A stretch of 64,000 nt of DNA. Origin: Hyaloraphidium curvatum SAG 235-1. Lineage: Eukaryota > Fungi > Monoblepharomycota. This document shows positions 43,514-56,787 of this stretch, piece by piece (the stretch's first letter is position 1; the number at the start of each line of letters is the position of its first letter). Position numbers and translations under genes: made by a program. Location of the stretch: the NCBI GenBank assembly GCA_025558095.1, contig JAIVFI010000038.1, positions 434,001 through 498,000 of the forward strand. Direction: 5' to 3'. The notes below the pieces were generated by a model. It saw nothing but the letters and a program-made list of their open reading frames with translations, had not been told where the DNA came from and made no database searches.

Positions 43514-46500
43514 ATGGCCGAGGGACAGCTCGTGGCCCTTGCCTCGGGCATTCCTGATACCCTCCTCTTGCTCGTGGGATCGTTCTTCTCGGCGAAATTG
43601 GCGCGCCGGTCGGGGCCGCCGGGCGCGTGGAACTCGGAGGACGCCGACCTGTCGGACGACGATATACCCGGCGCGGACGCTGCAGAGGCCGAGAACGCGG
43701 CCAATGGGCATCTCAACGGGCACGTGCCGCGGGATCTCAACGGCGAAGGGGAGCAGGACGGCGAAGATGAGGAGGAGGCAAAGGAAACGGACTTCCTCCT
43801 TTCGCTCCCTTGGCGACGCCCGCCGCCAAGGGGATCTCTCTTCTGGGCAAAGCTGGTGAGATTTCTGTAGCAGCTTGACAGAGGGCCTGCTTATTCCACT
43901 CCGAAACAGGCCGCGTACTCGCTTCTGGTCGCGGTCCCCGCCGCGGGACTGGCGCACCAATTGGCCGTTGGAGAGGCCTCCGCAATCGAGCTTGTGTCGG
44001 GTTGCCTGACCATCGCGGCTTCGATTGTCGCTTTGACTCTCTCTCTCCTTTCCCACACGCGACTGCGGCTCTACAAGCGGGCGTCTCCCCTTCTTCTGCT
44101 CCTCCCTGCTGTCGCGGCCGGTCATGCCATCGCGGCTTACCTTCGACCCGTTTCACTCACTCCGGCGGAGCTTGGGCTCCTCATTGCTGGATTGGCTGCC
44201 ATCGTGCTCTGCTTTGGGCTTGAACTGGTGCCGAAGGAGGCACCGAACCCCCGGCTGAACCCCGTTCAGCGCGCCAACATCTTTAGCCAGCTCACGTACT
44301 CCTGGCTCTCGCCTCTGCTCCGCTTGGGCAGCGAGCGCGCTCTGGAGCTCTCGGATCTGCCGCCCCTCCGCGCGAAGGACACCTCCAGTGCGGCGTTTGA
44401 CCTCTTCTCTGCGGCCTGGGACAGCATCCCGGAAGGAAAGCGTGGTCTGTGGAGGGCCTACGTCAAAGCCTTTGGGCTCGAGTTCTTTCTCGTCGGCGTC
44501 ATCAAGCTGGCGCAGGACCTACTCGGATTCGCCCAGCCGCTGCTCCTCTCCGAGCTCATCGGCTTTGCCGCTTCCTACGCGACCCCGCAACCCCTCCCGC
44601 CGTCGCGCGGCATCCTCGCGGCCTGTGCCATGCTCTGCGCCTCGCTCACGCAGACTTCGCTGCTGCAGACCTACTTCTTCAGGGGCATCTCGATCTCGCA
44701 GCGGATCGAGGCGGCCACCGTCACCGCGGTCTATCGCAAGTCCCTCGTGGCGGCCAAGGGCGAGGGCGGAACGGCAGGCGAGATCACCAACCTGCAGTCG
44801 GTGGACGCGGACAGGATCTCGAGCACCATGCCCTACCTTCACGTTCTATGGTCGGGACCGTTGCAGATCCTCGTGGCGCTTGCGCTGCTGTACCGCCAGC
44901 TCGGGCCATCGATGCTGGTCGGTCTGGGGGTGATCCTGTTGATGATTCCCGTGAACACCGTCATCGCCAAGTGGGACGCCAAGCTCGAGGAGGACCTTAT
45001 GGACCGCCGCGACCAGCGCGGTAAGAAGACGGAGGAGCTATGGAGAGGCGTGGGGATCGTGAGGATGTACGGCTGGGGCACCCCGTTCGTGAGGAGGATT
45101 GAGGAGGGGAGGAACGGGGAGCTGAAGACGTTGAGGAAGATCTGGTGGTTGAGCGCGTTCTCCAAGTGGGACAGGATCTCTGCGGCTCCCTAAGCTTCGC
45201 TGACTTCCAGTTCGACAGCCTCACTTGGACCTGCACGCCCTTCTTCGTCTCGCTCGCAACCTTTGCCTGCTTCACCTTCGTCTCGAGCGAGCCCCTCACC
45301 AGCAAGCGCATCTTCGTCAGCATCTCGCTTTTCAACATGATGACTTTCCCCCTTGTCGTGTTCCCCATGGTAAGGTTGAGCTAGCGTCATGCCTTGCAGT
45401 CGCTGATTATCAGTGCCACGACAGATCATCAACGACCTCATCCAAGCCATCGTTTCTGTTCGCCGCGTTGAGGCCTACCTTGGCTGCCAAGAGCTGGACC
45501 CCAAGTCGGTCACTCAACTCCCCTCCAGTTCTGCCAAAGCGGTCGTCATCTCCGACGCCACACTTTCCTGGGTTCCGCCCCCGGCTCCGCCTACCTTGGA
45601 CTCGCTCTCGGTCGAGTTGGACAGAAACTCCCTCGCGGCCATAACTGGCCGCGTCGGTTCGGGAAAGAGCACGCTCCTCTCGTCGCTCCTGGGCGAGGTC
45701 CCCCTCTGCTCAGGCTCGGTAGCGGTGTCGTCCCCCGGCGGGATGGCATACGTCCCGCAGCACCCGTATATCTTCAGCGGGACCGTGAAGGACAACATCC
45801 TGTTCGGACTCCCTTTCGACGCGGATCGGTATGCCGCGGTGCTCCGTGCTTGCGCTCTGGAGGCCGACTTAGCGCGTTTGCCGAGCGGGGACGCGACGGA
45901 GCTGGGAGCAAGGGGCGTGACCGTTTCCGGGGGCCAGCGAGCGGTGAGTGTCTCGCCGGAAGCACCTTGCCGGATTGCTCACTGGGCCAATCCAGCGTAT
46001 CGCGCTCGCCCGAGCCGCGTACAGCTACCACCACGTCGCCCTCCTCGACGATCCCCTCGCGGCCGTGGACGCCCGCGTCGCGCGCCAGCTCTTCGAGCTT
46101 TGCATCGGCCCCAACGGGATCATGGACGGCCGCACGCGGCTGCTCGTCACCCACGGGACGAACGTCATCCCCGCGTGCAGCACGATCGTGGCTCTCCGCG
46201 GCGGCAAGGTGGTGGACGCCGGGGAGGTTGAAGGGGTCGTCAGGGAAGCCGAGGAGGAAGTAACACACGAGAGCGACAGCGACGAAGGAACGGTGGGTGG
46301 CGACGGTGTCAAGAAGTCAACCGCGAAAGACCTCGGCAACGAAGGCGAACCGCTCCCTGGCGGCGGCCAGCTGACACAGGCCGAGGAATCCAAGAAGGGC
46401 TCGGTCGGCCTCGCGACGTACCTGGCCTACATACGGGCGTGCGGATGGCCCGGTGTCATCACCTTCGTGGTTCTCGCGGTCTTTGCCCAAATCGCCGGCG

Positions 46501-48396
46501 TCGGAAGGAACCTGTGGCTGGCGCACTGGGCGGCCCAGAACGACTCGCGCTCCGGGCAGCCCGACGCGGCGATCGCCTTCAATCTCGCCGTCTACGCATG
46601 CCTCGGGTTCGGACAGACCATTCTGGTGGCGGGAGAAGAGGTCGCGTCGCGCGTCTGGTGCGCTGTGCGGGCCTCGGGCATCCTGCACTCCAAGATGCTC
46701 CGCACCGTCATACGCGCGCCTCAATGGTGGTTTGATGCCACGCCGCTGGGAAGGATCCTGAACAGGTTCACTTCGGACGTCAACACGGTGGACCAGAAGC
46801 TGGTCCGCACGCTCAGCTCACTCGTCACGGACGTACTCTTCGTGCTGAGCGTCATCATCGTGGATTCGGCGGCCACCCCGGCGGTTCTGCTTTTCGTGCT
46901 GCCGCTTGGATACATCTACTACCGGATCGGGGCCTATTACGTGTCCTCAAGCAGGGTCGGTTGCTCACCTGCATTTTTGTCATCGATATCTGACGACCTC
47001 GGTTGACAGGAGCTCCAACGACTCCAATCCGTCACCAAATCCCCCGTCTACCAGCACTTTTCCGAGACCCTCGCCGGCATCTCCACCGTCCGGGCCTTTG
47101 GCCAATCTCCCCGATTCGCCCGCGAATCCCTCCGCCGCATCGACGACCACCTTCGCGCGCGCTTCGCGAGGTTCAGCGCCAACCGCTGGCTCGCCGTCCG
47201 ACTCGAGGGCATCGGCAGCCTGATCGTGTTCGGGACGGCGCTGTCTTCGGTGCTGGCCATCATCAGGAACCCGGGCGGGATGAGCTCGAGCATGGTCGGA
47301 CTGGTCATCAGCTACGCGCTCACCTTGGGTGACTCGCTCTCGTGGCTCGTCCGCGAATGTGAGTTCCTCCCGCCGTTCGTTGATGGCGCGTTTTGACCTT
47401 CACGTTCGTCCAGCCTGCGACGCCGAGTCTTCGATCGTCTCTGTCGAGCGGATCGAGGAGTTCTGCAACCTTCCCCAGGAAGCTCCCGACCACATCGAGG
47501 GCAACCCTCTCCCCCCCGGCTGGCCGGCACACGGCGCCGTCTCATGGGAGGGCTATTCGACGCGGTACCGCGAGCACCTCCCCATGGTCCTCCGCGACCT
47601 CAACCTCTCGGTCGCGGGCGGCGAGAAGATCGGCCTCGTGGGCCGCACGGGGAGCGGCAAATCGTCGCTCGCCCTGTCGCTCTTCCGCGTCGTCGAGCCG
47701 GCGGCCGGGAGGATCACCATCGACAGGGTGGACGCGGCGGGCATCGGGCTGGCGGACCTGCGGTCCAACATCACCGTGATCCCGCAGGACAGCGTGCTTT
47801 TCCAAGGGTCGGTGCGCTCCAACTTGGATCCGTTCGGGGAGCACGGGGACGAGGCGCTGTGGGGGGCTCTGGAGATGGCGCACCTGAAGGAGCTGGTATC
47901 CGGCATGGAAGGCGGGCTGAATGCGGAGGTCCGAGAGGTGAGCTGCAGTCCGCCAGCGGGATCAGTCCGGCGCTGATTGCAGTGTCTTTTCCAGAACGGC
48001 GAGAACTTCTCCGCGGGCCAGCGGCAGATGCTCAGCCTCGCCCGCGCCCTGCTCCGGCGCACCAAGATCTTAATCCTTGACGAAGCCTCGGCCAACCTGG
48101 ACCTGGACTCGGACGCGCTGGTGCAGGCCACCATCAAGGAGGCCTTTGCCGGCTCGACCATCATCACCATCGCGCACCGCCTCAACACGGTCCTCGATTA
48201 CGACCGCATCGTGGTGCTTTCCAACGGGCAGATCCTCGAGGTTGGGCCGCCGGAGAAGCTGCTCGCGGACCGGCAGTCGGCTTTCTATGCGCTCGCGAAG
48301 GAGGCGGGGCTGGTCGGAGGGAGGGGAGGGACGGGACGGGAGACGCCGATCAGCGTCGGGAGGTCGACGCCCAAGCCGCTGCCTCGCGAGTCTTAG
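43514..48396 (+). CDS. ABCC/MRP (Ycf1-like) ABC transporter, multi-exon
   Basis: ANIFSQLTYSWL; NBD1 GRVGSGKS, VSGGQR, LLDD; FDATPLGRILNRF; NBD2 GRTGSGKS, FSAGQRQ, ILDEA, IAHRL. Confidence 0.95.
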
Positions 48397-48589
48397 ACCG
48401 ATGGAGCAGCGAATCCATAGAACGGATGCGCGCCCCTGCATCTCGAGCGTGCTGTGGGCGGGAAAACCGGCCGGGGCACCGCCGACCTGAGTCCGTCAGC
48501 CATGCGCTGTTCCACCACAGCGCCATAAACACGAGGAGATGTCAGGTCCGATCATTTCTCATTCTTTGGCACCGGGACACCGTTCTCCC

Positions 48590-50704
48590 ATGGAGTCTGC
48601 TCCCTCCCGCCGCCCGGCGCGGTCTTTGCTCCCACCCGAGCTCTGGCGCGCCGTGCTGTGCCGCACCCCCGAACCCCGCGAAGTCGGCTCGCTCGCCCGC
48701 ACCGCGAAGGTGACCCTCGCCGAGGCGGCCGATGATGCGTTCCGCGCCGAGTGGCTGCTCGCGCGATTCGGCCGTGGGGAGTCCGTGCGGTTCCTGCTCT
48801 TCGAGCTGCCGCGGCTGCTCGCGACTTCGGCCCGCCGCGCCAAAACAACCTCTACTCCGCCTATCATGCAATGTCTGACTCTGAAAGGCGCCATCGTGCG
48901 CCGGGGGGACTTGCAGGCCGCCTGCCGAGCCGTGTCGAACAGGCTTCACTCGTCTTCGGATCGGCCCCGCGACTGGGTCCCCGTCGGCGCCGACCTCTCT
49001 GACGCCGACGGTGAGGTGGTCAAATTCCTTCAGGCCGTCTTTGCCCTGTGCGCCTCTGCATTCCCTGGGCAACCGGCGTCCCTGTACACCTACGACCTCA
49101 AGGTCTTCATGATGACCCTGGGCTACGGAACTCGCTTCGGCACCTCGCACTTCGAGAACCCCCCCGACTGGCCGCCCGAGCGCGACGTCGCGCCGGGGTA
49201 CCGCCGCTCGCGGTGGCAGCTCTCCCGCCCCGACGAGGAGAAGCTCCGCTCCCTCGTGTTCAACTTCAACCTCTCGCTGCTGCACCACGGCAGGAAGAAG
49301 CTCGCGACCGTGCCCGGCGTCCGCACGGACTTCTCGGCCGACGGCGGCATCGCCCCGGCTCCGGCAGACTGGCTGGCCTGGGACCTCGCCGTGTCGGAGA
49401 ACTCTTGCTTCCAGGCCCTCTGCGCCTCCCGCAACATCGCCTTCTCCGCCATGGCCTTTTGGGCGTGCGCCGTGTTGGACATCACCGCGCTGTACGTGCA
49501 GTGGGGCGGTGACGACGATGCCTTCGAGCAGGTGCCCGGGGTCACGGCCGTCACCTCCTCCGTCCTCTCGGAGCACCACGAAGCGGTGCTGGATGCGTTC
49601 ATGTCCTCGCACGCCGCCGCCCTGGAGATGGACCGTTCGATCGAGGCCTACGTGCGGATGGCGGTGTTTGCCGCCGAGCGGAGGAACGAGTACGCCGCCC
49701 GGGACGCGTGCCGCAGGCTGTTCCGGGGGATGCCCGGCAAGGGGATCGCCGAGGTGCTGGCCGCAGGTGCCGCGAGGGACGGGTACAGGATGCTCGCGCT
49801 GCTGGTGAGCAACGCTGACCTGTTTGCTGAGCACGCGGGGTTCGCGTCGCAGGCGGAGCTGGAGGAGACTGTGATCGCGCTGGTGCTCGACGGGGCCGAG
49901 AAGCGGCTGGCGTCGCCCGATCACCAAGGAGTCGCCAACGCGGGCCTGTTCCCGTTTAAGTGGGCGGTGCAGAAGCTCGCCCCGGGGTTCCGCTCGCAGC
50001 CCGGCACGCTCCCTCCGACCTCGGTGGACAACCCGACCGCCATGCGCGCCGTCGACCTCGCCTTTTCCTTCCTCGACGCCCTGTGCCGCCCGTTCACCTC
50101 CCCCGAAGGCCGGCAGCTCGTTCCCCTGGAGCTCTTTTCCCACCCCCTCGACCGCATCGTCACTGATCCTTTCGGCGCGGCCGCCCTCTCCCTGGTGCCC
50201 CTCGCCGGGCGCGGCGCCTTTGAGGGCGCGTGGTCCGGTATCGCCTCTGCGATCGCGCGCGCCCCATGCGGGTTCACCGACCACCAGAAGGGCGTGATGG
50301 CCTGCGTCGGCGACCTCGTCGCGCGCTCCCGCGCCGTGCACAAGGCAATCGCCCTGGCCGAGCACGCGGACGGCGGCGACGAGGGCGATCCCGAGGCCAC
50401 GGTGCGGTTCCTCTTCGACGAGGCGGAGCAGCGGGCGTTCCTGGCGGGCCAGGTGTACCGCGAGCTGGAGGAGGCGGGGCACCTCGCGCCCGGCGGAACC
50501 GCGCTCGTGGTGCGCGGGCCGCTGTTTGCCTTCCTTGCGGGGGTGCACGGAAGGTGGGAAGCTGCGGTGCGGCCGGTGCTCCGGAAGGAGATGGTGTCGT
50601 TCGACGAGGACGAGGGGATGGACGGCGTGCTCGATGAACTTTTTGGCGAGGCGGAGGCGGAGGAGGCGGAGGAGGTGACGGAGACGATCGCATCGCTGGT
50701 GTGA
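48590..50704 (+). CDS. large uncharacterised helical protein with an F-box-like N-terminus, intronless
   Basis: 704-aa ORF with host-like codon usage; LLPPELWRAVL..LARTAK. Confidence 0.7.
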   Translation: MESAPSRRPARSLLPPELWRAVLCRTPEPREVGSLARTAKVTLAEAADDAFRAEWLLARFGRGESVRFLLFELPRLLATSARRAKTTSTPPIMQCLTLKGAIVRRGDLQAACRAVSNRLHSSSDRPRDWVPVGADLSDADGEVVKFLQAVFALCASAFPGQPASLYTYDLKVFMMTLGYGTRFGTSHFENPPDWPPERDVAPGYRRSRWQLSRPDEEKLRSLVFNFNLSLLHHGRKKLATVPGVRTDFSADGGIAPAPADWLAWDLAVSENSCFQALCASRNIAFSAMAFWACAVLDITALYVQWGGDDDAFEQVPGVTAVTSSVLSEHHEAVLDAFMSSHAAALEMDRSIEAYVRMAVFAAERRNEYAARDACRRLFRGMPGKGIAEVLAAGAARDGYRMLALLVSNADLFAEHAGFASQAELEETVIALVLDGAEKRLASPDHQGVANAGLFPFKWAVQKLAPGFRSQPGTLPPTSVDNPTAMRAVDLAFSFLDALCRPFTSPEGRQLVPLELFSHPLDRIVTDPFGAAALSLVPLAGRGAFEGAWSGIASAIARAPCGFTDHQKGVMACVGDLVARSRAVHKAIALAEHADGGDEGDPEATVRFLFDEAEQRAFLAGQVYRELEEAGHLAPGGTALVVRGPLFAFLAGVHGRWEAAVRPVLRKEMVSFDEDEGMDGVLDELFGEAEAEEAEEVTETIASLV

Positions 50705-50898
50705 GGCATCCAGGGCTGAATCTATCAAACTCCTCCCGAAATGCAAATCAATGGCATTCTCCCTCTGGCCAATGCGATACCCGCGGTATACAGTCCACCC
50801 CCGTTTTCTCTTTCACTGTGGCGTTGCGGCGGATGTGGCTGGCACTGGCGAGTGATCGACGATCCGTCCCGCTGCCCCTCCTCAACCCCGCCCAAAAC

Positions 50899-52924
50899 AT
50901 GCTCCGTCTGCCGCGCGTCGCGCCCCGCCTGGCCGCGGGCCTTGCCCGCGGCGTCTCGACGACCTCCACGCCGCGCGCCGCCGCGGTCGCCACGGCGCCC
51001 GCCCCGCCGGCGGTCGACACGGCGTGGTCGTCGCTGCCCAACTCGTCGCGGTACCCGCCGATGAGCGAGGCCGAGATGGTGCGGCTGTGCAAGGAGCACA
51101 CGATCTACACGTGGACCGCCGGCAACGCCGTGGCGCCGCTGCCCGTCGTGCGCGCCGAGGGCGCGTACATGTACGGGCCCAACGGCGAGCGCACGCTCGA
51201 CTTCAACGCGCAGCTCATGAGCGTCATGATCGGCCACGGCGACCAGCGCGTCAAGGACGCCATGAAGCGCCAGATCGACGAGCTCATTTTCGTGTACCCC
51301 CAGGTTGGTAGTGGGCACGCGGACCTGAGTGAGGAACGGAGCGGAGTGGACCCTGCCTGTGCCGTCCTCGGTCTTGCCTGCTCAATTGTGGAGTTCTGGA
51401 GTTTTGTTTCGCTATTGGGGTTCTCAGGATGCCGGGGAGCGCTCGTCGTAGGACGGTTGCGCCTGGGCCGACTGTCTCCCGCGCCGGGCTCGCCTTATCT
51501 CGCGCCCCGATTGCCGGGTGCCTCCGTGGCCAAACTCGTCTAACATTTCCTTCCCTTTCCCTCTTCTCCGCTCCTTGCTTGCAGACGGCGACGCCCGTCC
51601 GCGCCCGCCTCGGCAAGCTGCTCTCCGAGACCGTTCCCGGCATGGATGCCTTCTTCTTCGCCCTCGGCGGCGCCGAGGCCAACGAGAACGCGATCAAACT
51701 CGCGCGCCTGTACACGGGGAAGCACAAGGTCATGTGCAGGCTTCGGTCGTGTGGGTGTGCTGCCCTCTGGACTTCGGTAGACTATGCTGATCTTCGTCCT
51801 CCGACCTTCGCTCGCTCAACTCTGATGGCCCCTTCCTCAACCATTTCTTTCCCCCGCTACCACATCGCGTCTCCCAAATTTGGTGGATGGCAGACCACGG
51901 CGGCACCCACCTCACCCTCTCCATGACCGGCGACCCGCGCCGTGCCTCTGCCGGGGTCGAGACCCCGGGCCTGATCCACGTCATGAACCCCCGCCCCTAC
52001 TCCTTCTCCTTCGGCTCCACCGACACCGAGATCACGCGCAACTACCTGACCTACATCGAGGAGGTCATCCTCGAGGAGGGGCCCGGGTCGATCGCGGCCA
52101 TGATCAACGAGACCGTGACGGGGACCAACGGCGTGCTGGTGCCGCCGGCGGGGCTGATGGAGGGGCTGAGGGCGCTGTGCGACAAGTACAACATCGTGAT
52201 GATCTGCGACGAGGTCATGTGCGGGTTCGGAAGGACGGGCAAGATGATGGGTGGGTTGCGGCGGGCCGTCCGCTGTTCCGTCAGGTCGCTCACGGCTCAA
52301 ACCCACAGCCTACGAGCACTTCAACATCGTCCCCGACCTCGTCACCATGGCCAAGGGCCTCACCTCGTCCTACTTCCCCCTCGGCGCCGTCGGCATGACC
52401 AAGAAGATCCACGACTTTTTCCAGACCAACAACTACGGCGGCGGCCTGACCTACAACTCGCACCCCCTGGGACTGGCCACGGCCGAGGCCGTGCTCGAAG
52501 TGATGAAGGAGGACAAGCTAGTGGAGAACGCGGCGCGGATGGAGGGGCACCTCAAGAAGCACGTGGCAGAGATGAAGAGGAAGCACCCGAGCTTCAAGGA
52601 GGGCAGGGTCATCGGGCTGTTCTGCATGGTGGGTCGCCATCGCCGGCAGCGGGGGAATGTGGTGGCTGACTTTGCCCGGTGTCTCCGCAGATGGACCTCC
52701 AGAAGAACTCGCGCGGCGACCCCTTCGTGCCCTACAACGGCCCCCCGAGCAAGGCCATGAACGAGCTCGGCGCCTTCTTCCGCAAGGAGGGCCTCTTCAC
52801 CTTCCTGCGGTGGTCCACCTTCTCGTGCATACCCCCGCTCAACATCACCGAGGAGCAGCTGGCCGAGGGCTTCGAGATCGTCGACCGGGGGCTGGAGATC
52901 ACGGACAGGGCGTTCGAGGGTTAG
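50899..52924 (+). CDS. class III PLP aminotransferase with a mitochondrial-type presequence, multi-exon
   Basis: RAEGAY, LDF, GHG, GAEANENAIKLAR, HGGT, DEVMCGFGRTG, PDLVTMAKGL, GLTYNSHP. Confidence 0.93.
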
Positions 52925-53542
52925 GCGGGCGGATCGATGCCGAAGAGTGCCATCGCGTGTAGTCCTTTCCGGGCGTGTCTATAGACGGATCGTGTGACGT
53001 CTGAGTTCTTCGCGTCCCCTGGCCGATGAAGCAGGCATTTGTGACTGGGGTGTCCAGTCATCGGTCGACACCCCACTAACAATATCTGCGCTCAGCTCCG
53101 AGGCTTTTGCCCACGGATTGCCCTTGAGCGCTCGACACTTTAAGTCCGCGACATGATCTTGTCGGGCATGCCACCAGCGCTCAGATCGGAGTTCGAGGGC
53201 AAGTTCACGGTCTGCGGGGTCGGGGTTGGATGTGGATGTCGAACTACACAGTCAGCTACGGGGAAGATGTCCTTAAAGAAGCGCACACGTGTGAAAGGCT
53301 CGTCGGACCAGAGCGGGCAACCCGGGACGCTCTCGGCGACTTAGTCATGATCTGTCGAGGCTGAGGGTCCAAAGCGACGGAGAGGATCATGGCCGCGGAC
53401 GAGGCTGATGTTCCAGACTGTGCAAAGCAAGGGAACTCGGTTTTTGTATTGAGTTGGGCAGCTTGTACGTCAGGAATCTGGTATACCTTTCCTCAGCGGG
53501 CCTGGTGGACCGATGCACGTCAGTGACGCGCTCTAGCTTTCA

Positions 53543-54695
53543 CTAGAGCCCATGATTGCCCACCTTGACCCCCGCAGCACCCCCGGTCTTCTTGTCCGAC
53601 ACCTTTTTCGCCCCACTCGGAGCAGCCTGCGCCTCCTCGTACGGCACCGGCCCCTGCAGCACGCTCGCACACGCGCGGCACTTGACCGCCTTCTTGGGCA
53701 CCTTTTCCAGGCAGTACGGGCAGGGAGCCATCTCCTTGTCGGCCTTGGCCTTGGCCTCTGCGTCGAGCCGGGCCTTCTGGTCCTGCGTGACGGCGAACAG
53801 GCGGACGATCATGTAGAGCACGGGCGCTGCGCCATCACAGGTCAACTGGTGTCTGTCGGCGAAAGCTAGGAGGTCTGGGCCCACCAATGAAGAGGAAGTT
53901 GAGGATTGTTTGGCACCAATGGCCCCAGTAGATCGCGACCGCGCCGTCGGACTTGGCGAGCTCGTACGAATCGTAGGTCGTGTTGCCAGAGGAGCCGGGC
54001 CGGATAACATGCAGCTTGTTGATCAGGGCGGGGCCATCAGCGGTGAGGCTCGCGAGGACCGGAGAGAGAAAATCATCAACAGTCTGCGGGTGCGGGACCG
54101 CAGAAATCAGTGAGGCCGGGGCCAAGACGTTGGACAGATACTCACAGCGTTGACGATAGAGGTAAAGCCGGCCCCAATGATCACACCGACGGCCAGGTCG
54201 AGGACGTTCTGAGTGCGAAGAGTCGAAAATGAGATCGATAATCGCCACGCCCAGCCGGCACGCCACTCACCCCACGGTTGATGAAGGCGACAAAATCAGA
54301 AAAGAGCCACTCCATGCCCCTGGCTACGTAGAGCACGTTCTCCTCGATCTCGTCCGGGACAAAGTCGCTGGTGGCGGCAACGTTGAGCGCCGTCCAAAGG
54401 GACAAAGCCCCGCCTTCAGCCCGCACCTGATGATTTTCTTGACGTCCTGCACCGCACTTTCGATGTCCTCCTTCACGTCTCCGATCTTGTCCGCCAGCGA
54501 CGCCACGGCCGCGGCAATAGCAGGCTCGTCCTCTTCCTCGGCGAGCTGCGCGGCCACCTCGGCCTCAGCCATGGCCTCGGCGACCGTCTCCTTTGCTTCT
54601 TCCATCATAGCTTTCGCGGCTTCGGCGGTCGATTGCGCCGAATCCATGAGCTGCTCGGCGTTGGCGAGGTGCTCCTCGGCGTCGACTGGAGCCAT
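53543..54695 (-). CDS. mscL: MscL-family mechanosensitive channel with an acidic N-terminal coil and a C-terminal zinc ribbon, multi-exon
   Basis: FVAFINRG|NVLDLAVGVIIGAGFTSIVNA|TVDDFLSP..IYWG..ILNFLFI; CPYC..KCRAC. Confidence 0.85.
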
Positions 54696-55299
54696 GCAAA
54701 AAGGGGTCAGATGCCATCTCCAGAGCCTCACGAGCCCATCTCGATCACAATCGGAGGCCACGGAGCAGCGCTGGTGCCCCTGGTTCGCCCTCCCCGGCTC
54801 GACCCCTCCGCCAACCCTCCTTTCTCGCCCCGCCGCGTCGCCGCACCTTTGCCGTCACTGTTGAGGTCGCGCGCGTCCTTCCCGTCCGCCACGGGCGCCG
54901 GTTCGCTGACCATCTTTCCCGCGCTCGTTTTGATGGCTTTGATTCGCGGGAAGAGGGAGGAATGGCCGGGGAGAAGGCGGCCAAGAAGAAGATTCGCGGA
55001 CCCTGACCTCTGAGAGGTCGGTCCCGCCGCCGCCGCCTTTCCGACGCGTCTGAGTCCGGGAGCTAAGTGAGCATGGCGAAACAATACTTACGGAGGACGA
55101 TGCGCGCCGACAATCGCATTGACTGGTCGCACGGGAACGGGGTGTGTACCATCACCACGTGTGTAGATCCGAGGAGAGCAACGAACCATCATCTCTAGAT
55201 GATCGGGCCAATACGATCGCTACTTTATTCTTGATGCCCAATCCAAGGCGAGCGCATACGGCTGATTGTCGGCAAACGGCTTGTTCCAACTGCGGTCGC

Positions 55300-56479
55300 T
55301 CACTTCTTGGCCGCGAGGTGCTCCTTGAACCACGCGACCTGCTCCTTCGAGTTCTTACCGAACCAATCGCCCTCGTAGCTTCAGCGCCCCGTGTTAGCAT
55401 GAACAACTGCCGCCGTCCGGAATCCACCCACGGGTCAAAGTGTCCGCAGTCGAGCATCACGAACTTCTTGGTGCCGCCGAGCTTCTCCTCGTACAGCTGC
55501 TTAGCCAGCTTGGACGGCACCAGCGAGTCGTGCTCGGCAGCCACCATGAGTAGCGGCGTGGGTGCGATCAGGGGGAGGAAGTCCCCGGGGTTGTAGGCCG
55601 CGGTGAGCTCGACGCTGCGGGCCGTGATGGCGTTGGTCCACACGCCGGGGTGCTTCTTCTCGAAGCTAGGCGGAATCCGTCAGCCGAGGCCAACGACTGG
55701 CCGTTGGATCACCCACTTGTCGAAGAAGGTGAAGCTGTCGTCGGTCGGGAGCGCCACGCCGACGTTGTCCTTGGCCACGACCGGCAGCATCACCGGCTTC
55801 TCGCCCTTGAACCTGGCCGACCTGTCCGCCGCGAACAGCGCGCGCATGGCCGCCTGGCCCTCGGCAGGCAGCCCGCCGAAGAAGGTCGAGCCCGAAAGGA
55901 GCGCGACCTGCGAGACGGCGCACTTGATACGCTTGTCCGTGGCCGTGGCGACGATGACGTTGCCGCCCGAGTACGACGAGCCCCAGCCACCGACCCGGTC
56001 CGGGTCCGTTGACTCCTTGGTGATGGCGTACGAGATGGCGTCGCTGTAGTCCGAGACCTGCAGCCACGGCTGGATCTCGCCGCGGGGCTGGCCCTCGGAC
56101 TCGCCGAAATTGCGGTTGTCGAACACCAGCGCGTTGAACCCGTTGCGGGCAAACTCCTCGGCGAACGAATCCAGCGCCATCTCCTTGACGGCCGAGAGGC
56201 CGTGTGCCATCACGATGGTCGGGCGTTTGGCCTCCGAGGACAGGCCCTCGTACCACCAGGCGCGGAGGAGGGTCCCATCGGTGGCCTTAAACTCCACCTT
56301 TTGCTGGACGGCTGCGGTGGTATTGGGGTCGTGGCGACGCGCCGAGAGAGGATTCGTTCGCCGGTCCGGGTTCAAGCGGCGGGGTTCAGGGCGCCACGGA
56401 AACAGGCGTCAGACGACGGGGCGCCAAACGGCAACGCCCCGAGATGCTCACGCGAGGCACCGGCGTCTGCGGCGGGCAT
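55300..56479 (-). CDS. alpha/beta hydrolase (S15/S9-like), multi-exon
   Basis: MAHG, FDNRNFGESEG, WGSSYSGG nucleophile elbow, PLLMV..HD, GHFDP. Confidence 0.88.
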
Positions 56480-56787
56480 TTTGGGCGGCAGCGAGCGGCG
56501 GTACGGGAGAGGGTGGCAAGGGAGACAGTCGTACAGGGGAGTGGCGGATGGAGCCGCCGGCGTGCAGTGCTTCACTCGCGCTTGATCCCGGACATTTCTC
56601 CTCCATCCTGAGAGAAAGCGCTGCAACTACAAGCTGTCAAGACGATTACATCGCTGATCGATCACCTACGGGGCGGCAGGGACGTGTGCGGTGGCAGCAC
56701 GCTCAGTTAGATCGCGAAATCAATACAAAAGGTCCTAATCAGCAGTCATCTCCTCGATCAGAGCACTTGCTCCAGTAAACGGCGCAG

